From Pedobacter sp. (GTDB taxonomy: Bacteria > Desulfobacterota > Desulfuromonadia > Desulfuromonadales > Syntrophotaleaceae), in NCBI GenBank assembly GCA_050253415.1, contig JBFWJC010000003.1:305035-369034 (forward strand): a stretch of DNA of 64,000 nucleotides. Reading direction: 5' to 3'. Position 1 is the first letter of the stretch; every line of letters begins with the position of its first letter. Positions 22,187 through 31,749 of this stretch are shown piece by piece. A program made the position numbers and the translations under genes. The notes beneath the pieces are model-generated. The model made no database searches and was not told where the DNA came from. It saw nothing but the letters and a program-made list of their open reading frames with translations.

Positions 22187-22528
22187 TCAGGGCTGAAAGC
22201 TAGCTATGGCATCCTCGGAATTGGGGAAGATTTCGAATACGCGATGCAGTCGGGTTAATTCGAACATGGATTGTACCTGAGGCTGCAGGCCCGCAAGTTT
22301 GAGGCTGCCGTTCCTGGCACTGGCATTTTTAAACCCGGATACCAATGCTCCGAGACCTGAAGAGTCGACAAAACGAACTCCTTCCAGGTTGATAACCATG
22401 TTGTTTTTGCCATCTTCAAAAAGCGATAAAAGACGAGTTTTTAAATCAGTGCTGTTGTGTGCGTCAAGGCGTTCCTCCGCGACGGAAATCAGTACGATGT
22501 TTCCCTGCTCATTGACTTGAATGTTCAT
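22187..22528 (-). CDS. STAS-domain anti-anti-sigma factor (RsbV-like)
   Basis: RLDAH, FVDSSGLGALV, FELTRL; ATG at 22528. Confidence 0.92.
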   Translation of the reverse strand: MNIQVNEQGNIVLISVAEERLDAHNSTDLKTRLLSLFEDGKNNMVINLEGVRFVDSSGLGALVSGFKNASARNGSLKLAGLQPQVQSMFELTRLHRVFEIFPNSEDAIASFQP

Positions 22529-22764
22529 CTCCGCACTCCCGGTTCTTTTATCAGCGGCCTTGAGCCGATCAGCTGCAATAATACCATGTTTCCCAACTAT
22601 CAAGTAAATCGGTAGCAACCAGTCTTAAAATAGTGCCCTGTGCGGCTGCTCTCGCCTTCGAATTCAGGTCTTTTGTTTGCTGTTTTCTCAGGCTGGTCAT
22701 GCAGCATCGTACGTTGACTGTAATCTGCTTTTTTAGAATGAATCACTACGATTAAGCGCCGGTT

Positions 22765-24330
22765 CTAGGCCTGGTTTAGCATCGTGCAGAGTATTTGCGC
22801 GACGATTTTCGATGTTTCGACAGTGCTGTCAACTTGCACCACATCCGGATCTTTCCCGATCGGATCGAAAGCAAGTGCTTGCCGGTCATAAAGAGCCCGT
22901 CTTCCATCGGAAGCGTCCAATCCTTGGCTTTGACGGTTGTCGAGGCGTTGCAGGGCGACTTCGCGGTCGCACGTAACGGCAATGGTCCATGCCTTCTGGC
23001 CGATTTGCTCGGCGGCCAAACGAAATCGTGCGCGTTCGTCGCGGTTGGCAAAGCTGGCGTCGACAATGACGGTTTGTCCACTTTGCAGGGTTTGCATGGC
23101 ACGCTTAAGAAGCAAATCATAAGTAGCCTGGCTGGCACTCGGACTATAGATGCCCTCTCCGAAAGCTTCATTGCAACGCTGTTCAGGAGCTATGTCTGCA
23201 AGCTCCTTTCGTATCTCGTCAGAGCGCAACAGCTTTGCACCGAGGGAGGTTTCCAGATGTCTGGCAATGGTGGTTTTACCCACGCCCATAAGGCCGCTGA
23301 TAAGGATCAATCTAGGCGCACGACATAAATAGCCAAGTGCCTGGTTGAAGTATCTTTTGGCTCGTGCCTCGGCTGCCAGTCGGTTGGTCACATCTGCGTT
23401 CTGATCGTTGCTCAAAAACGATTCGACCTTGCCGCGTACGTATGCCCGGTACACTTGATAAAAGGGAAGTAGCAGCTCAGTGTCTTCCGTCTTGCCGATA
23501 ACCTCAAGATAGTTGTCGCGGACAACGGTCGCCAGGTCTTGTCGTCCCCTCAGTTCAAGATCCATAAGTAAAAATGCCAGGTCAGCAAGTACATCGGCTA
23601 TGCGGAACCGACGGTTGAACTCGATGCAATCGTAAATGGCGATAGTGCCATCCAGAAAACAGATGTGTTCGCAGTGCAGATCGCCGTGGCCGTCCCGAAC
23701 CCACCCCTGGGCTTCGCGCTTATTAAACAGTTCGGCTTGATGTTTTTCAAAGTCGAGGACATAGTGCTGCAGCTGGTCGAAGCTGTTGCGATCAATGGTC
23801 TTGCCGATAAACGGTTCGGTTTGGCTGAAATTTTCCTGCCAATTGTTTTTTACCACCTCCAGGTGGGGGGCGTCCGCACCCGGGCCGTAGCTTTCCAGCT
23901 GTTGATAGCGCTCGGCAATATGTCGCGCCAACACGGCCATCCGGTCGCACAGGGATGGATCATTTTTAGCCAGCAAGTGCGGCAACATGGATTCTTCGGG
24001 CAGGCGCTTCATCATGACCGCGTATTCGATCGTGTGTCCTGGCCCTTCGATGGAGAGGCAACCGTCATGGTCGCGGATTTCAACCACGCCAAGATAGATC
24101 CCTTCACTGAACCGCTGATTAAGCCGAACTTCTTCCTGGCAGTAGAAAAATCGTTTTTCAAGGGTCGTAAAGTCGAGGAAGCCGAAATCAACAGGTTTTT
24201 TGATTTTATAGACCCGGTCTCCAACGAAATATATTCGTGAAATATGTGTTTCTTTGAACGTTATTTCCGTCTTGTCGGTGTTGTACGTTTCGGGCCTTAA
24301 CAAGGCTTTATGCAAGGTTTGCGAATCCAT
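22765..24330 (-). CDS. aminoglycoside phosphotransferase-like kinase fused to a P-loop (AAA_33) kinase domain
   Basis: ETHIS, YKIKKPV, RDGHGDLH, YDCIEFN in the N-terminal half; SGLMGVGKTT and DASF in the C-terminal half. Confidence 0.88.
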   Translation of the reverse strand: MDSQTLHKALLRPETYNTDKTEITFKETHISRIYFVGDRVYKIKKPVDFGFLDFTTLEKRFFYCQEEVRLNQRFSEGIYLGVVEIRDHDGCLSIEGPGHTIEYAVMMKRLPEESMLPHLLAKNDPSLCDRMAVLARHIAERYQQLESYGPGADAPHLEVVKNNWQENFSQTEPFIGKTIDRNSFDQLQHYVLDFEKHQAELFNKREAQGWVRDGHGDLHCEHICFLDGTIAIYDCIEFNRRFRIADVLADLAFLLMDLELRGRQDLATVVRDNYLEVIGKTEDTELLLPFYQVYRAYVRGKVESFLSNDQNADVTNRLAAEARAKRYFNQALGYLCRAPRLILISGLMGVGKTTIARHLETSLGAKLLRSDEIRKELADIAPEQRCNEAFGEGIYSPSASQATYDLLLKRAMQTLQSGQTVIVDASFANRDERARFRLAAEQIGQKAWTIAVTCDREVALQRLDNRQSQGLDASDGRRALYDRQALAFDPIGKDPDVVQVDSTVETSKIVAQILCTMLNQA

Positions 24331-24556
24331 GCGATCTCCATAGCTAAATCTTTAATATTGCAATGACTTTAACATATTGCGGATTTCTGTAAAGGCTTTT
24401 GTCGTGGGGGTAAAGTGATTGACGGTATCCGTGTGGTATGATAATTTCATGGAGATTTTCCAGCGGCCGGCCTTGTCCCGATAGCATTGTTTTCCGGTGC
24501 CGCTTCCCCTTTACTGTCGCACTTCTCTATTTTCCTCTGCCCTGTGGGGGCTTCTG

Positions 24557-26266
24557 ATGTCCAAGCGGTGGTTACCGTATTTGCTCATTTTTTTTACTTT
24601 GCTGGGGTGTTTGTCATCCTCCTTGCCAGGTCAGGCTGTCCCTGATGATAGGGCCGGCACAGCGCCTCAAGAGTATAAGAAGCCTATTGGAAAAGCACTT
24701 TACCATTATGCCAGAGCTCGATTGTATGCTTTGGATAATCATCTTCCCGAAGCGGCTGAGGCCCTTGATAAAGCCATTAAACTGGATCCTCGGTCATCCT
24801 ACCTCCGCATGATTATGGCCGAATTACAACTGGCGATTGGTGATGAAAAACAGGCGGTGCGGTCGGTAGAAGATGCTCTTATTCAGGAACCGGATTATAC
24901 CGATGCTCATCTGTTGTTGGGTAATTTGTTGTTGAACAGGCAAGACTTCAAGGGAGCCATTCAGCACCTGAGCCGGGCTGTTGAACTCGATCCGACGCAG
25001 GAGAAGATTTATCTCCAGTTGGCTGTTGCTTATGTGCGTGTTGGCGATACCGATGGCGCCATTGCGATTCTGAAGCGTCAGTTGGTTCAAAATCCTGAAT
25101 CCGTGTCTGCTCGAATAGCTCTGGCGAGGCTTTATCGGCAGTTGGGTTTAACCGCCTTGGCCGAGCAGACTTATTCCGATTTCATCGATCAACATCCGCT
25201 TGAGCCACAGGGGTATGCCGAATTGGCCAGGCTTTATCAGAGCCTCGGTAAGGGCGAACAGGCTCTAGCAACCATCAAGCGCGGAATATCCGCAAATCCT
25301 TCCGAGGATGGCATTCGTTATCAATTGGTGCGTGTTCTGGTCGAGTTAGGTCAGATCGATCAAGCGCTGGGCGAGTTACACGTCATGCTGGAGGAGAACC
25401 CGGGTCGTATAGAAGCTCAGCGGTTGGTCGGATTACTGCTGATTGAAAAAAAAGATTGGGAAGCCGCTGGCGGAGCCTTTCAACAATTGCTGGTACTTGA
25501 GCCCTTGCATGATCAGGGTTTGTTTTATCTTGGGATGGTACGGGAAAACCAGGAACGCTGGCCCGAGGCTATTGCTGTATTTGAAAAAATCGCCTCTGAT
25601 TCGGATTTTTTTCTCGATGCCACCAGCCACCTTGGCTATCTGTATTATCGGACCGGACAAATTGATAAAGCTATACAGCTACTTGAATTCCGTTTGCACA
25701 ATACGGAGGGCCGTTCGCAATTATTTACTTTTCTTGCCAGTCTGTATGAAGAAAAGGACGATATGGTCAATGCAGGTGCCTGGCTGAAAAAAGGTCTTGA
25801 ATCGTTCCCGGAATCGGCGGACCTGTATTATCATCGTGGTTTACTGCTTGAACGTCAGGGGGATCGAAAAGGTGCATTGGCAGATATGCGTCGCGCCATC
25901 GAACTGGATAATAAATATTATGAAGCGATGAATTTCATTGCTTATAGCTATGCCGAGCAAGGAGAGCAGCTTGAAGAGGCCCTCAAACTTGCCCGCCGTG
26001 CTCTTGAGTTTAACAATGAAGGGCACATTGTTGATACCCTTGGATGGGTCCTGTTTAAAATGGGCCGTTTCAGCGAAGCTCGTGGTGAACTCGAGACCGC
26101 TGCGGCTCTGTTGCCCAAGGATGCGCTGGTTCTTGAGCACCTTGGAGATCTTTATCTTAAACTCGAACTGCTGGACAAGGCCTCTGCCATTTATGGCCGG
26201 GCATTGGAACTGAGCCCCGATAATGAACAGCTTCGCAAAAAATTACAGCAGCTTGCGCCTCGATAA
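24557..26266 (+). CDS. exported tetratricopeptide-repeat protein
   Basis: Signal-like N-terminus, many TPR units, C-terminal NFIAYSYA...DTLGW...EHLGD. Confidence 0.9.
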   Translation: MSKRWLPYLLIFFTLLGCLSSSLPGQAVPDDRAGTAPQEYKKPIGKALYHYARARLYALDNHLPEAAEALDKAIKLDPRSSYLRMIMAELQLAIGDEKQAVRSVEDALIQEPDYTDAHLLLGNLLLNRQDFKGAIQHLSRAVELDPTQEKIYLQLAVAYVRVGDTDGAIAILKRQLVQNPESVSARIALARLYRQLGLTALAEQTYSDFIDQHPLEPQGYAELARLYQSLGKGEQALATIKRGISANPSEDGIRYQLVRVLVELGQIDQALGELHVMLEENPGRIEAQRLVGLLLIEKKDWEAAGGAFQQLLVLEPLHDQGLFYLGMVRENQERWPEAIAVFEKIASDSDFFLDATSHLGYLYYRTGQIDKAIQLLEFRLHNTEGRSQLFTFLASLYEEKDDMVNAGAWLKKGLESFPESADLYYHRGLLLERQGDRKGALADMRRAIELDNKYYEAMNFIAYSYAEQGEQLEEALKLARRALEFNNEGHIVDTLGWVLFKMGRFSEARGELETAAALLPKDALVLEHLGDLYLKLELLDKASAIYGRALELSPDNEQLRKKLQQLAPR

Positions 26267-27044
26267 TAAGACCGGCATTTTCCGCCTGTTGTTGCTGCTG
26301 GTACTGCCTGCAGTGGCTTTGCTGGCGAGTTGTGCTCCGGTGCGGATGCCTGAGCCAACGCTTGCACCTGTATCCGCAGGCGAACTTCTGCAAAGCCTCA
26401 GGGCTCAGGGACAGCGTCATCAGACCCTGCAGGGAACGGTTTCACTGCGGATGACCCACAATGGTGAGCGGCACAGTGTCAAACAGGTTTTGCTGCTGCA
26501 GCGGCCGGATATGTTCCGTGCGGAAGTACTGGGTCCTTTCGGGCAACCTGTCATGACCGTGGCTGCCGCCGGAGACCGTCTGTCGGCTTTTATCCCCGGA
26601 GAATCCCGGTTTTATTCGGGGTCCGCAACCTCGGAAAATCTTTATCGACTAGTGCGTTTACCGTTGGAGGTAAAGCAACTGGTGCAATTCGTTTTTTACG
26701 ATGTGCCGCTATTGCCGGAGTCGTCCGGTGGGGTTTTGTTGGAGAATGGTTTCTATGTTATTAATCGGGAAAGTGCCGACGGTCGTCGTCAGGAACTGCG
26801 CTTCGATGAGCAGCGGCGTTTGCGGCAGGTTCGGTATTTTTCAAACCAAATCGAACTCCTGCAGGCAACCTATGATGATGTCAGGGACGAAGACGGTCTG
26901 CCACTGACTTTGCGTCTGAATCTTCCAGAGGACGATATGGAAGTTGAACTCGTGTGGCGTGACGTACGCTCCAATGGAGAACTCCTCTCGAGCCGTTTTT
27001 ATCTGGTGCCGCCCCCCGGGGTGCAGGTGCTGGCCTTGCCATGA
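26253..27044 (+). CDS. outer-membrane lipoprotein, LolB/DUF4292-like (start uncertain)
   Basis: Lipobox LLASC; RAEVLGPFG; beta-rich; follows the TPR gene. Confidence 0.65.
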   Translation: MRLDNKTGIFRLLLLLVLPAVALLASCAPVRMPEPTLAPVSAGELLQSLRAQGQRHQTLQGTVSLRMTHNGERHSVKQVLLLQRPDMFRAEVLGPFGQPVMTVAAAGDRLSAFIPGESRFYSGSATSENLYRLVRLPLEVKQLVQFVFYDVPLLPESSGGVLLENGFYVINRESADGRRQELRFDEQRRLRQVRYFSNQIELLQATYDDVRDEDGLPLTLRLNLPEDDMEVELVWRDVRSNGELLSSRFYLVPPPGVQVLALP

Positions 27045-27085
27045 TTTTTCCTTCTCTGAATCAGGCCGTCAGGAGATGTTTCTTG

Positions 27086-28705
27086 ATGCATTTGTTTGCC
27101 GTTTTACTGCTTTGTGTGAGCCTGCTTTTTGGATGCGACCGTCAACAGCCGATTATGGTTGAGGATGGCGCACAAGCTCAACGTCCCGACTATGGCGACA
27201 CGCTTCTGATGGGCAGTACTGGTGAGCCCAGCAACTTGCTGCCGGTGCTGGCTTCCGATTCAGCCTCCAGCGATATTAACGGTCTGGTCTACAACGGCTT
27301 GCTGCGTTACGACAAGAATTTGCAGCTCGAAGGAGAACTGGCCCGCTCATGGGACATCTCGCCGGATAATCTGACCATCACCTTTCATTTGCGCAACGAT
27401 GTGCGCTGGCACGACGGGCAACCGCTCACCGCAGATGATGTGTTATTCACTTACAGGCTGCTTGTCGACCCGGCGGTTCCGACCGCCTATGCCGATCGCT
27501 ATTTGCAGGTCGTCAAGGCCGAGGCGCCCGATCCCTTTACCTTTCGTGTTACGTATGGCCAGCCCTTGGCCAGTGCCCTCATCAGCTGGATGTTTCCGGT
27601 TCATCCCAAACATCTTCTCGAAGGTCAGGATGTGACCACGAGCCCTCTGGTGCGGGCGCCGGTGGGTACCGGACCGTACCGCTTTGTCGAATGGAAGTCG
27701 GGTGAGAAGGTGGTGCTGGAAGCCAATGCGGATTATTTCGAAGGGCCGCCTTTTATTCATCGGGTTGTTTATCGTATCATTCCTGACCCCTCCACCATGT
27801 TTCTGGAGTTACGTTCGGGGGGGCTGGATTTGATGAACCTGACGCCGCTGCAATATGCCCGTCAGACCGATACCCTGGCTTTCAAGCGGCGGTTTGAAAA
27901 GTACCGCTATCTCGATTTTTCCTATACCTATCTGGGCTTCAATCTTCGACGCCCCCTGTTCCAGGATGTACGCGTGCGTCGGGCATTGGCGCATGCTCTG
28001 AATAAGCAGGAGCTGGTCGATGGGGTGCTGCTCGGTCTCGGTACGGCAGCCACCGGACCCTATAAACCCGGGACTTGGCCTTACAATCCTCATGTGCGTC
28101 ATTATGAGTACGATCCTGCCAAAGCCCGACAGTTGCTGGCCGAAGCCGGCTGGCATGACAGCGATGGCGATGGCATTCTCGATCGGGATGGTCGGCCTTT
28201 CGCTTTTACTATCGTTACCAGTCAGGGCAGCGACGCTCGAACCAAATCGGGAGAAATTATTCAGCGACGGTTGAAGGAGGTGGGGGTATCGGTAAAGCTG
28301 CGGGTTATCGAGTGGGCTTCCTTTATTAAGGAGTTCATCAATCCCGGCGATTTCGATGCCACCATTCTAGGCTGGACGATCCCTCCCGATCCGGATAGTT
28401 TCGCCGTCTGGCATTCCAGCAAGACCGGGGTTGGCGAGTTGAATTTTATTGGTTTTAAAAATGCCGAGGTCGACAGGTTGCTGGAAAAGGGGCGACATAC
28501 CCTCAATCAACAAGAGCGTAAACGCATTTACGACCGTTTTCAGGAAATCCTGGCCGAGCAACAGCCGTATGTCTTTCTTTATGTTCCGGAAACTTTGCCG
28601 GTAGTAGCCAAGCGTTTTCATGGTATTGAACCGGCACCGGCCGGTATCATGCATAATTTTATTCGCTGGTATGTTCCTCGCGATCAGCAAAAATATCAGC
28701 GTTGA
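27086..28705 (+). CDS. peptide/nickel ABC transporter substrate-binding lipoprotein (family 5)
   Basis: Lipobox LLFGC; LARSWDIS, WHDGQPLTADDV, PVGTGPY. Confidence 0.93.
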   Translation: MHLFAVLLLCVSLLFGCDRQQPIMVEDGAQAQRPDYGDTLLMGSTGEPSNLLPVLASDSASSDINGLVYNGLLRYDKNLQLEGELARSWDISPDNLTITFHLRNDVRWHDGQPLTADDVLFTYRLLVDPAVPTAYADRYLQVVKAEAPDPFTFRVTYGQPLASALISWMFPVHPKHLLEGQDVTTSPLVRAPVGTGPYRFVEWKSGEKVVLEANADYFEGPPFIHRVVYRIIPDPSTMFLELRSGGLDLMNLTPLQYARQTDTLAFKRRFEKYRYLDFSYTYLGFNLRRPLFQDVRVRRALAHALNKQELVDGVLLGLGTAATGPYKPGTWPYNPHVRHYEYDPAKARQLLAEAGWHDSDGDGILDRDGRPFAFTIVTSQGSDARTKSGEIIQRRLKEVGVSVKLRVIEWASFIKEFINPGDFDATILGWTIPPDPDSFAVWHSSKTGVGELNFIGFKNAEVDRLLEKGRHTLNQQERKRIYDRFQEILAEQQPYVFLYVPETLPVVAKRFHGIEPAPAGIMHNFIRWYVPRDQQKYQR

Positions 28706-28718
28706 TTGAGAATTCGCC

Positions 28719-29693
28719 ATGTTTGCCCAAATAACCAAACGTCTGATCATGATGGTTCCCCTGCTTCTTGGGATAACCCTGATTTCTTTTGTGGTCATCC
28801 ATCTTGCTCCGGGGGAGCCGACGGATCTGCAGACCCAGCTTAATCCGGAGGTCAGCTCAGAACTGCGCGAGCGGTTGCGTGCCCAGTATGATCTGGACAA
28901 GCCGTTGATTGTTCAGTATGGCAAGTGGCTTGGACGTTTGGCGCACCTGGATTTTGGTGAATCTTTTGTCCAGGACCGTCGCCCCGTGGTAGATAAGATT
29001 GCTGAACGTCTGCCGGTTACTATCATGATCAATCTGTTGTCTATCGGCTTTATCCTGCTGATCGCCATTCCACTTGGAGTTTTGTCAGCGGTTAAACGCA
29101 ATTCGCTGTTCGACCGGTTTACCACGGTTTTTGTATTTATCGGTTTTGCTACCCCCTCGTTCTGGCTGGCCTTGCTGTTGATGGATTTCTTCGGAGTGCG
29201 TCTTGGTTTGTTTCCCATTGCCGGACTCAAATCTCTCGGTCATGAATATCTGAGCTTTGGACGTCAGATCGCTGATGTGCTGCACCATTTGGTGTTGCCT
29301 GTATTTGTTTCGGCTTTTGGTGGCCTCGCCGGTTTTTCCCGCTATATGCGCGGCAATATGCTTGAGGTGGTGCGACAGGACTATATCCTTACCGCCAGAG
29401 CCAAAGGATTATCTGAAAGGGTGGTTATCTACCGGCATGCGTTGCACAATGCGCTTTTGCCGGTGATTACCATTCTCGGGCTATCGGTACCTGGACTTAT
29501 CGGTGGCAGCGTGATTTTCGAGACGATTTTCGCTATCCCGGGAATGGGTAAAATGTTTTACGATGGCGTCATGATGCGGGATTACCCGTTGATCATGGGA
29601 GTGCTGGTGATAGGTGCGGTCTTGACACTATTCGGCAACTTGATTGCCGACCTCGCCTATGCCATGGCTGATCCAAGGATCCGACGACGTTGA
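28719..29693 (+). CDS. peptide ABC transporter permease (OppB/DppB-like)
   Basis: [32 protein letters not shown]. Confidence 0.94.
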   Translation: MFAQITKRLIMMVPLLLGITLISFVVIHLAPGEPTDLQTQLNPEVSSELRERLRAQYDLDKPLIVQYGKWLGRLAHLDFGESFVQDRRPVVDKIAERLPVTIMINLLSIGFILLIAIPLGVLSAVKRNSLFDRFTTVFVFIGFATPSFWLALLLMDFFGVRLGLFPIAGLKSLGHEYLSFGRQIADVLHHLVLPVFVSAFGGLAGFSRYMRGNMLEVVRQDYILTARAKGLSERVVIYRHALHNALLPVITILGLSVPGLIGGSVIFETIFAIPGMGKMFYDGVMMRDYPLIMGVLVIGAVLTLFGNLIADLAYAMADPRIRRR

Positions 29694-29776
29694 ATGTCAG
29701 GTTGGGGAGGGGGCCTGGAAAAGGCTGCCAGCGGTGAATTGGAGCAGGTTTTCGCGTGTAGTTGGGAGGGGACGCG

Positions 29777-30376
29777 ATGGGGATTAAAAAGGCAAAGCTT
29801 GGAAAGTTGTTGCTGGACTCCGGGCTGGTCGGTGAGCGGGAGTTGAGCGCTGCTCTATGTTATCAGAAAAACCAACGTTGTCTGCTTGGAGCTTCCCTGG
29901 TCAAGCTCGGGTTCCTTTCCGAAGACCGGCTGCTCGATTTCCTTGAACGAACTTTGCAATTGGAGAGAGTTGATCTCGACAGTTTTATTCCCGATGCCAC
30001 GACGCTGGCCATGGTACCCGAGGAACGCGCCCTGGCGTTTACGGTTTTTCCGCTGGATCGCTGTCATTCGCACGGTGGACCTGTCCTGCGCATGGCTATG
30101 GCCGATCCTTCCAATCTGACGGTCATCGATGCGCTTGAATTTATGACAGGCTTAGGCATTCAACCGGTCCTTGCCTCGGAGCCCGCCATACACCGGGCCA
30201 TTGAACGGGGCTATCGCCAGGACGTTGGCTTGGCGTTAGTTCGCGAAGGTGACTCGCGTAAAGAAAGTAACGACAAAACGATGGTTTCCGTCGCCAAGTT
30301 TAATAAACTGGTTGAGATTCTCCAGGCCAAGGGGCTGTTGAATGCAGCCGATGTAGAGTTGCTGGACAAGGAATGA
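29777..30376 (+). CDS. stand-alone MshEN/T2SSE_N-domain protein (no ATPase)
   Basis: KLGKLLLDSGLV..LSAALCYQ..LLGASLVKLGFL tandem motif, then AMADPSNL..IDALEFMTG..PVLA. Confidence 0.82.
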   Translation: MGIKKAKLGKLLLDSGLVGERELSAALCYQKNQRCLLGASLVKLGFLSEDRLLDFLERTLQLERVDLDSFIPDATTLAMVPEERALAFTVFPLDRCHSHGGPVLRMAMADPSNLTVIDALEFMTGLGIQPVLASEPAIHRAIERGYRQDVGLALVREGDSRKESNDKTMVSVAKFNKLVEILQAKGLLNAADVELLDKE

Positions 30377-31236
30377 ACATGCCCTCGTTCGTCCCCACAA
30401 TAAAAAGGCCGGAGGTTTTTCTTCAGCGGTTGAAGCAGAACCGTATGGCGTTGGCTGGCGCCGCTATCGTTTTGGTCATGTTTGTTCTGGCTTTGCTCGC
30501 CTCCGCGGTCGGCCGCGATCCTGGAGATATCGATGTAAGCCGGCAACTGCTGGCTCCATGTTGGCGTTTTCCTTTGGGAACGGATGACCTCGGTCGTGAT
30601 GTGCTGGCGCGGATCCTTTATGGGGCGCGTATTTCCCTGTTGGTCGGATTTGTGGCGGTCGGTATTTCCACCGGTATCGGTGTCGTGCTGGGAGCTCTGG
30701 CCGGATTTTACGGAGGCTGGATAGATAGTCTGATCATGCGCTTTGTCGATATCATGCTATGTTTTCCAAGTTTTTTTCTCATATTGGCGGTGGTGGCTTT
30801 TCTGGAGCCTTCTATCTGGAATATCATGATCGTTATCGGTCTTACCAGTTGGATGGGGGTGGCAAGGCTGGTGCGGGCGGAGTTCCTTTCGTTGCGGGAA
30901 CGTGACTACGTGCAGGCCGCAAAGGCTCTTGGTGCCCGCGACGGACGGGTTATTTTCGTGCATATTCTGCCTAATGCTTTGTCGCCCATCCTGGTATCCG
31001 CGACCCTCGGTGTGGCCGGGGCTATTCTCGTCGAGAGCGCTCTTTCCTTTCTTGGCATCGGGGTTCAGCCTCCCACCCCATCGTGGGGGAATATGCTTAT
31101 CGCCGGCAAACAGACACTGGGTACCGCCTGGTGGTTGTCGGTATTTCCCGGATTGGCGATTTTGGTAACCGTCCTGGGCTATAATCTTCTCGGCGAAGGG
31201 ATCCGCGATGCGCTCGATCCACGCCTTAAAGAATAA
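30373..31236 (+). CDS. peptide ABC transporter permease (OppC/DppC-like)
   Basis: LGTDDLGRD, YVQAAKALGA, HILPN, ESALSFLGIG, GEGIRDALDP. Confidence 0.94.
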   Translation: MNMPSFVPTIKRPEVFLQRLKQNRMALAGAAIVLVMFVLALLASAVGRDPGDIDVSRQLLAPCWRFPLGTDDLGRDVLARILYGARISLLVGFVAVGISTGIGVVLGALAGFYGGWIDSLIMRFVDIMLCFPSFFLILAVVAFLEPSIWNIMIVIGLTSWMGVARLVRAEFLSLRERDYVQAAKALGARDGRVIFVHILPNALSPILVSATLGVAGAILVESALSFLGIGVQPPTPSWGNMLIAGKQTLGTAWWLSVFPGLAILVTVLGYNLLGEGIRDALDPRLKE

Positions 31237-31255
31237 ATTAACGAGGATCTTTCTT

Positions 31256-31702
31256 ATGACACACAATAAAAATGGCGGCGAACTGAACGATCTGCAACCG
31301 GCGGATCTGGTGCTGGCTCGCTGCGATGCTTTTCGCCAGCATGATTTCAGCTTTATTTTTCATAGTTACCATGAGGATGCCCCATTTTTACAGGCTTTTG
31401 CGGATTGTCGGGATTATCTTGAGTATGCCGCACAGGCGTTGAAGGGATCTTTCCGGATCAATGATTGCCGTATAGGGCGGGTACGTGAAGTTGCCGATGA
31501 TGAAGTCCAGGTGCTGTTTTTCATGGAGATCGATTGCGACGGGGTGATTCACAGGACCATCGAGATGGCGTGTCTGAAGCTTACCGCGCAGGGATGGCGT
31601 TATCATTCAGCTGCCAAGCGTCCCCTGGAGGATTTTGACAGTCCTCTGGAGGATATCGATTTTGATGAGTTTTTGGATTGCGCAACCCTGGTATTCTTCT
31701 AA
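31256..31702 (+). CDS. YchJ-like NTF2-fold protein lacking SEC-C motifs
   Basis: PADLVLARCDAF..FIFHSYH..GWRY pattern; GAGG Shine-Dalgarno. Confidence 0.6.
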   Translation: MTHNKNGGELNDLQPADLVLARCDAFRQHDFSFIFHSYHEDAPFLQAFADCRDYLEYAAQALKGSFRINDCRIGRVREVADDEVQVLFFMEIDCDGVIHRTIEMACLKLTAQGWRYHSAAKRPLEDFDSPLEDIDFDEFLDCATLVFF

Positions 31703-31749
31703 ATCCCGGTTTGCTGCCGGAACCTTAGACAGGGGCGAGGCAAAATATC

